DNA of 64,000 nt from Lama guanicoe (Eukaryota): assembly GCA_013239625.1 (NCBI GenBank), contig MU053561.1:4571214-4635213 (forward strand), read 5' to 3'. The position numbers and the translations under genes were made by a program. The notes under the pieces were generated by a model, which had not been told where the DNA came from, did no database searches, and saw only the letters and a list, made by a program, of their open reading frames with translations. The first letter of the stretch is position 1. Every line of letters starts with the position of its first letter. Positions 1-11,200 of the stretch are shown here, piece after piece.

Positions 1-496
1 CGGCGCCCAGCCCCTTGCAGTCCCCCGGAGCTGCCTCCGTGCAGCCGCCCCCGTCCTCCGCCCGGCTTGTGCAGCCTGGCCCTGCCCGCCGCTGCCGGCC
101 CGCGTCTCAGGCTGGGTGTCGGGGGGACGCTCTGTGCCCGTTTAACTTAGTTCTGTCAGACAAGGGCTGCTCTGTACAGATCCGAGCCTTGGGGGCTCCC
201 CCTCCGTCCCGCTGGCCTCTCAATTGGAGAGGGGAGACCTAGCGAGCAAGCGCCAGTCCTCCTTTGCCGCTCCCTCCCCGCGGGACCCGTCCCGCGCTGC
301 TTTGCCTTTTCTTTCTTTTTTTCTTTTCTCCTACCAGATTTTTGGCGTCTTTATCTTTTGAAGAGGGTGATGTTCTGTTGGAGTTCCGCAGGTGCTCTGG
401 TTGGCTGAGTGAGTCTGTAGATGTGGATCTTGGTGTATTTGTGGGAGAGGGTGACTTACAAGTGTCCTTCTACTCTGCCATCTTGCCTCTTCTCCC
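1..496 (-). mobile_element. 5' end (CpG-rich 5'UTR/promoter) of a young L1, continuing off the left edge
   Basis: Reverse strand starts GGGAGAAGAGGCAAGATGGCAGAGTAGAAGGAC, typical of a laurasiatherian L1 5' terminus with the YY1 AAGATGGC motif; CpGs retained. Confidence 0.75.
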
Positions 497-950
497 TGTG
501 TTGGATATTTTGACAGGGGTTGCATTGAATCTGTGGATCGCTTTGGGTAGTACGGCCATTTTGATAATGTTGATTCTTCCAATCCAAGAGCACGAGATAT
601 CCTTCCATTACTTTATATCATCTTCAGTTTCCTTCATCAGTGTTTTACAGTTTTCACAGCATAGGTAACTTCTTTGGTTAAGTTTATTTCTAGGTATTTT
701 GTTGTTTTTGATGCAATGGAAATGTTTATGCCAGTTAGGAAATTCTGGTTTTTGAAGTGAAAAAAAAAAGTGAGTGAATGGCTGCAAATGGCAAAATATC
801 CTTCTTTCTTGTGGGTGAGTTGTGTTCCGTTGTGTATAGGTGCTGCATCTTCTTTATCCATTCATCTATTGCTGCGCACTTAGGACGCTTCCATATCTTG
901 GCAATTATAAATGATGCTGTTAATAGTGAGGCGTATATATCTCTTTGAAT
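497..950 (-). mobile_element. Older L1 fragments (ORF2 piece and 3' region)
   Basis: Minus strand encodes [32 protein letters not shown] (L1 ORF2); 780-950 is typical antisense L1 3' sequence. Confidence 0.85.
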
Positions 951-3900
951 TAATTATAATTTTGTGGTTGGCTTTTTTCCTTTGATAACTATGTAAGTTT
1001 AAAAAGCTAAAGCTCTAAACATTCTTAAAAACAATGAACAGTGCATATATGTAAATTTTAAAAATATGTGCAGTATATTGTGTATATGTATTTACATGCA
1101 ATATATTGTATATGTGCAGTCAAATTGTAACAATTCTACTTAATAAAACTGAAAAATGAAAAAAAAGTCAATGCCAGATTTGATAGGTAAAATGATTTAC
1201 AATGGATATTGTAATGAATATATTTATTTACAATGGATATTTTTAATGAATTTTGGAATAGAATATTCTGATTAAACATTTAGATTGTATGAAATAACTA
1301 TATATACCCTACACCACTACCACATACTCACACTGGCTACAATGCTTATGGAGCCCAAACATGCATGTGTAATAAACACAAATTGTAAAAAAAGAAAAAA
1401 GAAAGTATACCCTTTTATTAGTTTTAGAATGTTCCAAATGCTTTCTATTTTATCACATTATATTTAATCAAATAAAATACTTTAAAGGATTTGGAGTGAG
1501 GAACTTTCCCTGTGTAGTCTTGAGCTAGTAAAAATAGAGCATTAATATTCTCTTTCTCAAAGAAAATTTCACTTACCTGAATGAATTTAGATTGGTTTCT
1601 TTTAATATGCTAAGAACAGAGAATCCTATATATGATAGGTTATACTAGAAATTACATCTTATGCTGATAAACTAGAGTTGATGTATTTCTTGGGTGAAAG
1701 TAAATACTCAGGAAAGCAGTAGGAAAAAAAAGGACATTAATAAGACTCACCTCTTTGGGAACAAAGAATGTAAAATATTGTGATTAGTACCCTTTACTCC
1801 AAGCATTCTATTTTATTGTACTTTTAAAGTCATGCTTGATTTTTTTCATATTTATTCTTTTGCTCACGTGAGGAAGTGAGTGACTGTTGCTGTTTCTTCT
1901 CTTGAAGTTGCCCATTGTTATTGTGAGCTCTGTGAGTCCTGCCTGACTTAATAGTTGAAGAAGTTTTTGACTCATCTTGTGGTATTAAGAGAAGAAACAA
2001 AGTTTTAAAAATCGTTGAAACTGTTGTATTTTTCTCAACATGTGTTTCTCTTAGATTGTTGAGGCAAACTTGAGAAAACAGCCTCGAGGGACAAAAAATG
2101 CGAATGAGTTGGCTTTAGGGAGTTTCAAAAAATGAAGCTTGGAGAGATCTAGGACTTGAATGCAGAGCCAGCACTTAGGGATCAGAATGTCTGCTGATAG
2201 CAGAGGTCAAGGCAAGAAACTGGGGAGGTGAGGGATGGCATATTAAGGTCTTGCAGGCTAGGAGAGCCACGGGGGAGTTGCTGGGGAGCAGAGTGGCTCA
2301 TAAGGTAATTAGGTCAAAAGGACAGCCAGATGTGAGATACTTGTAAGAAAAAAACTGACGTTAACTCCTCATTTGGCGAGCAATCAGTTTTTGGATGGGA
2401 CAAAAATCACAACTCACATGTAAGAATAGGCAAGCCACACTGTAAAGACTTTTAAGTTAATTTGGCAAAAATTAGAACTGAAATCAGGTATAAAGACAGA
2501 TTCTCTATAATATCAATATAAGCACTAATCTAATTAAATTACATTAAAACTTGGTTTTTGATATAATTTGTCATTTTTTGAAAACTACAATGTGTTGATA
2601 CGTAAATTTGGGAGAAAGTAGCATTTCTCTTTATAATACCTACCTAGTTAGGGGTGTCATGTTGCTAAGCTCCTCTTGCCACTAAAACATCATCAGTACA
2701 CATCATTTGTATTTATATGTGAATTCCATAGATTAAGTTGTTTTCAAGTTAAACATGTTTTAGCTCTAGCACTTTTCATCTTTTACTTGTCAGTAAAACA
2801 CATTAACAAGGGAAGAGTAATGAAAGAGTTAACAAAGACTGCCAGAAACCTTGACTAGGCTCTGAGGAGAGAGAAGAGTACTCCCATCTTGTCTGTAGTG
2901 AAGAAAACTTGAGTCTCAGGGACACCCTAAAATCCTTAGGGATCCTCTGTAAACATCAGAAACAAGAAATGAATTTTCAGAGTTTTAATAATGAGCAGTA
3001 GCTGATTGGATATTCACATTCTGTTTTAGTGTTTTATCAGGAGTTCTGCACTGCAGCTTTTATATTTTGGGTGCTTTTGTTTTTCCACCCATATCAGTTA
3101 AATTTCTTAAGTTTTTTAGAATGATTTTCTTTGTATCAAACATTTAGCAAAATTTATTTGCTAGTGAAGCTGGTTTTACTACAGACTTGTAGAAATGGTT
3201 TAATTTTGAAAGTTGATGGGAGTCCTGATTACCAGTTCCTCTGCCTAGAATAAATTTTGTGTACGTTATCAGTTTTCGTCAGTTACACTGACAGTGCTGG
3301 GCCAAGACATTTTCCTGCCTGTTAATCGAGGCCACACAGACAAAGCTCAAGGAAGGATGACCCCTGCCTCAGGAAGTATTGAATCAGTTGCTATTTATAA
3401 CCAGTATACAGTAGAACTTGAGATCAGGTCTTTACTCAGTTGATAGGAAAAAGGTGTCTGCCAAATTTTGCATTTGAGGAAACAGTTTATGGGCCTGAAT
3501 GAGTGAAGCCTCTATGTGAAAGGAAGGAATGTGACAGTGACAGTAAGTATTTTTGCTGATTTGGGTCCAGGGTGTGGTAGCAGAGATGTGGAAAGTTCAG
3601 TCAGTGACAAAATAGGTTATTACATTTCAAAGCTACTGATAATTAATGGCACTTCGGATTGTCTTTAGCACTATGTGAATGGAATTCTGTGCTGCTAATA
3701 GTAAAGTTGAAATAAGGGTATGTGATGAGCTAATATTATCTCTCAGCATAGGACTGGAGAAGGAAATCAGCTCTTGGTGTGTTTCCATACTAACTGGCTC
3801 TTCCTTTGGATGTATACATAAACTCTTTAGTTATTTGAGGTGTGTTTCCGTATGCACTTTATGATATTCTGTTGGTCCTTGTTTCATTAAGACAAGGTTT

Positions 3901-4438
3901 CATAAAGAGTTGATTTATTACAAAATAATATTATATGCTAGCATGTGTAACCTCTTATAAAACCTCCTTCTACCTAACTTTATGAAATTAAATATGGTAG
4001 AACATTAAAGCAGACAATTTAAGAAATACCGTAAGGAATATTTTCTCAGCAATATTATATCACCATGTTAGGGATGCATTTATGGAGTTGAATTGCTTAA
4101 TGGGTTACAGGTACATCTTTACATATGCAATGTAAATAAGTTATTTGGGAATAAGGTGGACAGTGTTTTAGTGGAGTTTAAATTGGAAAATTACAAAACT
4201 GTATTAACATATTCTTGTCTCATTTTAATAGGATTATTCAAGATAAAGTTGCAGCCATTTTCAACAAGGATTGATGACCAGAATTTTTCTTTTTAAAAAA
4301 AGATTTCCACTTTGAAGATGAAAGGGAAATACTGGAATTGTTTGGATTCTAACTGACAGGATAAAGAATACAGTATTTCAGTTACTTACAATGGAGCCTT
4401 AGTAAAATTCTTCGCTTGTCATGCACCCAACTGGGAAC

Positions 4439-5244
4439 ATGGATGTTGGTTTTTCTCGTTCTGCTGCTCAGACATTGTCAAGAAGCCACTGCAAAAACAT
4501 CAAACAAAAAATTTCTCAGTGGGAAGGAAGAACTAATGGTGTGCCTAATCCAGATAAGTGGCATCCAAAGGACTTCGGAGTGAGATATAATAACTGTAGT
4601 CAAGAGATCCTTCTTAAGAAAAATCCTGTTGCTGAGGGGAAGGGCAAAAAGTTGGATGTAACCAACTGTCCACATGTTGATCTAGGTATTAATGAAGATG
4701 CCAAAAGCCATGATCAAAGTGAGGATGAAAGTGAGAAACGTGAGCCTGATGATGCACAGTCCTTTAAAAACGAATCAGAATCCAATATGGGATGTTCTCG
4801 GGTCAAACAAATTGAAAGCTTGAAAGAAGTTTTGGATCCAGAGACTTCATTACCTCCAGGAAATTTCTATACCTCACAAATATTATGGAAGAAAATAGAA
4901 GCACTTCCCCCAGATAAAGTCTTAAATTTGGCTTTAGAACATTGTGACTCTTCAGAAAAAGAACTGAACTTCAGAATTGTGGATAGTTCATATGGAATAA
5001 CGAAGAGCCTAGAAAATATTTACTCTGAACCTGAAGGACAAGAATGTGGACCTTCTATAAATCCTTTGCCAAAACCTCGTAGGACATTCAGATATTTATC
5101 TGAATCTGGTGTTACACCATGTAAAGAAACAAACTGTGACAGAAAATACTGTGAAAATAATTCCTGTGCAGAGTCCTCTTTGGCCTCTTCTCAGGACCCA
5201 GAACTAAAGAAATATGGTGGAAAAATCAAAGGGAGATCTAAAAG
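4439..5244 (+). CDS. DENND2C: DENND2C coding exon 1 (exon probably begins at acceptor 4232)
   Basis: aacATGg Kozak at 4439; [30 protein letters not shown]...GRSKR; donor AG|gtatgt; phase 2. Confidence 0.95.
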
Positions 5245-8200
5245 GTATGTTTTTATTCGATAGGTAATGATTTATAAGTACTTTCCTTACAGAACTGTTG
5301 AGCTGCTTTTTGCCTCTCAAACCAGTTTCCATTTCCATGTGTGGGTTACACCTCTAGTTTGATTATACAGATGTTGGTTAACCCAAGGGGAAAATACATA
5401 CAAGAGAAATACTGTAAGTATAGGTAATATCCGAGACAATCTGCTGATATAAGAGCAGTAGAAAAACTTCTGTTTCATGTCTGTAAAAAGGTGCAAGGGA
5501 AGCTACTTTCTTCCGCTTCATTTAGGGCATGCCGGTCTTAGCCTCACTTTTCCTTAGGGAGTGAATTTACTAAAGGTACCCAAAGAAGAACATGAATGTA
5601 ATTGGCTAAATGCCTCCAGTTTTCTCATGGTGCATATAGGGCATCAGCCTTGTTTATTGCTTTTAGGTATCTGATAAAACGCCTTTGTAATTTTGCACAC
5701 AAGTCCTTTACTTATCAATTTCTGTCTATCATACCAATTTAAAGAAGAATTTTTAAAGGTAAAACTTTAAATATGTCTCCTTTCTTAAGGAAATCCTTTG
5801 AATATGAGGATATTCAGCACTTTCGAAATCGGAACACACAGAAGGTTCACAAAGAACTTGGAAGAAATTCCAGCTCAGCACTTTATTACACGCAGTCTGA
5901 GGACAATATTTATGAGGATATCTTATGTAGGTATCCATACACTTTGCAATTAAATTTAATGAGTATGTATTTGGTGGGGCCCTTAACTATATAGTATGGC
6001 ATTTTATAATCAAGCATGTCTCGTTCCAGAGTTTTCTTTTTAATATTGAAACCTTTGTTGTATAAATGCATTTATTCTCTGATGGAATTTACTAGTTTAG
6101 TGGACTGCTCGGTTCAGAAGTAGATGTCTGTAGTATAGTGTTTTGAGAATTCTGTCAGCTCGGTTGGGCACCTGAGTGGTTTGCGAACTTAAAGAACCAT
6201 TGATTTGGAGACCTATAGCAATGTAGAGTAGAAAGCTGAACGTATTTATTCAGTTCTCTCTTTCTTTTCCACTTAAGTGTAATCATTTTGTTTCCATTTA
6301 GTTATGTTCCTCTAAACTGTTTTTTTCCCATTACTTTTCAAGATCCCACCAAAGAAAATACGTATGAAGATATTCCAGTACAGCCTTTGCCCATGTGGAG
6401 ATCCCCTTCAGCATGGAAGCTACCACCCCCTAAAAGTACTTTCAAAACACCCAAGGTATAAGCAGAGAATTAGTGTAAGAAAACATTAGAATCTTATTTA
6501 TGATCCCTACAAAAAAGGGTTTAAATGGCTTAAGTGGGGCCAAAATTAAGAGGCATTTAAATGTGGGTTTTATTGTTCTTTGTTTTGTTTTTTGAGGGGC
6601 AACACAAAATCTTTTTTTGGCTTTGAGGAGGGTTTTTGTTTGTTTTTTAGTACTTCAAAACATTTGAATGTAAACACCTTTAGATGGGCCATGAACTTTT
6701 CAGTTCGCTATAGTTACCGCAGCTCCCTAATAGTCTCACATCAACCTGTGGCCTAAACTAGCTGTCTGGTCCCTGAAAGCCTTCACCACCCCTGACAGCA
6801 AAGGCTGCCTCGAGTTAATCAGGGCTCTGAGCCGTTGTTTTCTGGAAATTTAATTACATTGTTGTAGAAGAATTTTGGAGTAGAAACCTAAGAAACTTCT
6901 TTACAAATGCTGAAAAAGAAATTATGGTATCCTCACTTGAGATGATTTTAATGGAAAGACAAATATTTTTCTGGAACATCTTTGACTGTTTGAGAACGCA
7001 GGCATTAACTAGATGTTCTTACCCTTACCAGCACATCTTCTGTTTTTTTCAGCTTCCTCCCAAACCTCAGTTTTTTCAACGGAAGACTATGGAACTGAAG
7101 AGCTCACAAGCTTATTTATGGTCAAAGCTCACAAAGGATACTACTTTGCCCGTCACTTTAACTGAATGGAAGCTTTTCCGAGCTGGAGAAGTTGCAAACA
7201 GGAAAAGGAAAAATCTTCCAAGAGTAAGGACTCTAATACTTTTATTCTTTGATCCTTACTTCAGCATTTCCATAAATGAGAATAAAATTTAGACTGAAAT
7301 GAATAATAGGTTAGAACTGACCTACTGGAATTAGAAGATTTGGAAAGCAGCCTTAAGTTTTAAGATTTTGCTCATGCAAGAAAAATGCATGAATGGGGCT
7401 TTTGCCAAGGTTTGTGTATGTGTGTGGACTTGGAAAATTGATGTTAGATGGAGAGCTTCACTAAATTCTTAGTTATTATTAGTTCTCATTAGAATCAGCT
7501 GCCTGTTTCAGGGAAGCACTAGAATTTCACCTAAAAGGACCTTCTATTAAGCAGGCTTCAGTGTTGTTCTCACTCATTTATATAATAGCCAAAGTTAATT
7601 CAATTTTGTGCTCGAGTTTACAGATTTTCATTAATGACAAAATATATGCCAAAAATTTCCGCTCAGAGGAAGGAGAAAAGGAAATTTGACTATTACTTGG
7701 GAATAGAAATTTTCACCAATTATACTAAATAAATGACTTCTCTCTCAAAGGAGAAAAAGGAGTAGGTCTGTAAACCATCTCAATGAGAGCCAATGAACCA
7801 AAATGAAGAAATTGAGATTATTTGTAATTCATATTTCTTTAGGAGAGACACTTAAGAAATCACATGAAAATATTTTAAAACTCTTTTTGTTAGTTTGTTC
7901 TTCTGTAATTCAGAATGTTTTCAGGACTATGTTGCAGAAATGAAGAAATCAAATCATTTAAATAGTGTTCCTTTCCTTAATCCCATCTGAAATGCCTGTG
8001 TGTATTTATTTAGCGCACGATTTTTGTATGTGATTTTAACATTAAACAAAATCACGGCTGTTTCTTGGTTTAGGTAACTGCTGATTAGTTCCTTGGGAAA
8101 TATTCGATTCCACAATTACTTTAATTCTTCTGATCCATTTCCTGCCCCTCCCTCTTTAATATGTGAAGAGCTAAAGACAGCTAGTTCTTTAAAAGCACTA

Positions 8201-11200
8201 AACTGATCTCTCTGAGTGGGAAAAAAGTCTTTAGGTGTTTGTTCTCGTGTGTATGATGAGGAACACTTAAAAGTCAGAGGTTTAAAGAACTGCCAGGCGT
8301 TCTACAGTAGTTCTGTCCTCTGACAGATCATGCTGGCACAACAAAGCAGCCTCCCACATGTTCCAGAAGCAATAGATCATGTGTTCATAGGGGCTAGAAC
8401 ACAGACACATAAGGGGTTGCATTTAAGATGTGGTTCTTGGAATGGCATTAACAAATATTTAGGAATTATGGATCATGGAGTTTAATGAGACCTGAGGAGA
8501 TCTGCAGTGCTTTTGATTTCATGCCTTGGTGCTTTACGGACTGTGGGTCCCTTGCGTATGTAAAGCTTGTTCTTGTTCTCATCATAGGTGAGATGATCCA
8601 GCTTTTTTTGTTCTAATATTTTCCCAAAGGTTCTTTTGAGAAGCAGGGAAGAGAAAAACGGTGATGAGTTCTTGATTGTCAGGCAGAAGCAGACTGTTAG
8701 CATTTCTACCTGTGATACTCCTCAGATTAAATCCTTTTAGGATGTTCCGTTTGCAATACGAATTTTGATTTTGGAGTATCTTCAGGAACAACATTCCATG
8801 AGGAGAGCAGTTTTCGTTGATTTCGTCTTTGATGACTAGAGCTATCCCTGGAAGGGAAACTGGTTTCATAGTATGAAAATAACTAATCTAGTCCATATGT
8901 CTCTTCCCCACCCTTCCTTTCTTTCTCTGCTGTGGAAGTCTGTGTGGGATTGTTTGCTGGAGTAGATTTCCTAGGGTTTCATATTGTTTGTGTCAAATGT
9001 GACAGCAATATGGTTTCCATCATTTCTTAGGAAGAATATTCTACTGTATTTGCTGTAATTAAAGGTTTTGTAGGCTCCTCTTCCTAGCTCGTAACCAAAA
9101 TTTAAGTTTTATTACTTTATCTCGTATTTCTAGAACAGAGAGTTCCCCTTCCTTTATAACATTTGAGTATACTTTTCAAATGCATGTTACTAATCCTACT
9201 ATTTTTGGTCATTATGTATTCAACATACATGTTTATTCTCATACATCTTTCCTGTAGCCCCTAACAATACCCTTTTATTCTCTTATTTTTTTATAATGCT
9301 AATATTTAAGAATATTGGTAACTTTTTACTTGAATTATAGCTATAAAAATCTTCAAAAGGACAAACATCCAAAAATATGGGAATAATCTGCATATTGGAA
9401 GCACATGCTTCTCACATGTTATTTTTTCTTGCACTGGACTGAGTCACTGCCTATGGATTGCCAGGATTGCTGGAGAAACAAGGGCAAAGGAGAAAACAAG
9501 CATTTTTCTCAAGCAACTTGGTCGGTTGTCATATAATCTTCCTAACAATTACAATTCTGGGTATTAAATATGTTAAATCAGGATTGATATTTAAGAAAAA
9601 GCTTGGAAATTTTTAAAAATTTGGGTGGGGGGAGGAATTAGATTTATTTATTTACTTATTTGTTTTTTAATGGAGGTACCAGGAATTGAACCCAGGACCT
9701 TATGCATGCTAAACACACTCTCTTCAACTGAACTATACCCTCCCCACCAAGTTTGGAATTTTTTTATTGGAATTTTAAGTAAAAAGAAAAATATACATGA
9801 AAAAACTAATCAATACCTCATTTTAAAAGTGGATGTTAATCAACTTTAATTCTTTCCTCTCTTTTAAAGCCCATCTGTATATATATCTGTCTCTGTCTCT
9901 ATCTTATACACACTTTCAAGGAGCAAAGAAAGAATTTGTATGAGTAATGCTGTTTAAATGGAGCATGGTTTTTGTACTTGGGCATATTTGAGAGTCTCCT
10001 GTTTTTATGACATGTTTCTAAGATAAATTGTAATATTAGGATTCCCAGAAGCAAAGTTTTTCCTTTGACAAAAACTTTCTAAGCATGATTATCCTCTTTG
10101 CAAAGAATTCCTTGGAGCAGAAATAACTGAGCCTCACCCTGTCTTCCAAGTGAATAAATATTCCACTTCCTACTCTGGGCAAGCGAAAACTTGAGTCCAT
10201 TGGTAAGGCTTGGTCAATCTATGGAGCGCAGTAGCCAGGTTTCCTGCGTGTTGTGGCATGGTATGACAAGCAGTCTCTCTCAGAGCTTTTGTTCAGTTCC
10301 TCTGGAAAGGAAATATCCTTTCCCACTTCTGTGACCGACGTTAAATGCATTTTGTATTAGAACAACATATTATCTTACTAAAGATAATTCTAGATTCAAA
10401 ATTGAAAAATGTGAAGGGTTTTGTTTATAAAATGGATCTTTTTCTGAATGAGAATCACTAATAATTTAAATTAATATCATTAAGTTGAAAAACCTGTTGG
10501 TGTTGGTTTTAACTTGTACTTGTCTGGTCTTTTTTCAGCTTGTATTGAAAATAGATGATATATTTGAATCTAAGAGAGGGAAGAAGAGGGTAAAGTTACA
10601 CCCTTACACTGGAAAAGATGTACCTCCCTCAAAAGGTAAGAATTGTTCCAACTGTCCATAGCTATTAGCATATGAGGGGCAAAGCATTATATAATTTAAT
10701 GTTTGATGTGAATTATAATTTTTGGTTTACTTTCCTGTCTATCCCATTTAAATATAAAACTTTAGGCTAAGGGACTGTTTCTTATTCTTCCTCAAATCCC
10801 TTTTATCTATTTCTGTACCAAGTAATAACTACTGGATGAATAAGTAAATAAATTAAAAAATTATTATAAACCACTAAGACTAATTTTCAAAGGCAGATTA
10901 CATCCTTATTTTGAGTCCTACTCTGATTTATATAGTCTTTTATCAGTATAGATTCTTTCAGTGGAAAAATGGAAATATTAGATAGATACATTCATACTGA
11001 AGATATGTGGTACTCAACCTGTAGTCATCAAATAAGTTCAGTAGCTTTATCCTTCAGATGCCCAGATAAAACTTACATTGTCTTAATAAGAAGCTTTCAA
11101 CATCCATAGTGAATTTTTAGAATTTTCTTTAAAACCCATGCAAGATCCTTAATTTGGTTGTCTGGCAGAAAATATGTAGAATTTAGCAATTTTTGTCTGA

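Noticed and set aside
1..340. CpG island as the DENND2C promoter; ORFs 15-242 and 264-668
   Set aside because: The sequence is contiguous with a recognisable antisense L1 5' terminus, and the ORFs are antisense L1 read-throughs.
8482..8869. Overlapping minus-strand ORFs of 73 and 95 aa in non-repetitive intron
   Set aside because: No recognisable homology, splice structure or retrocopy hallmarks.
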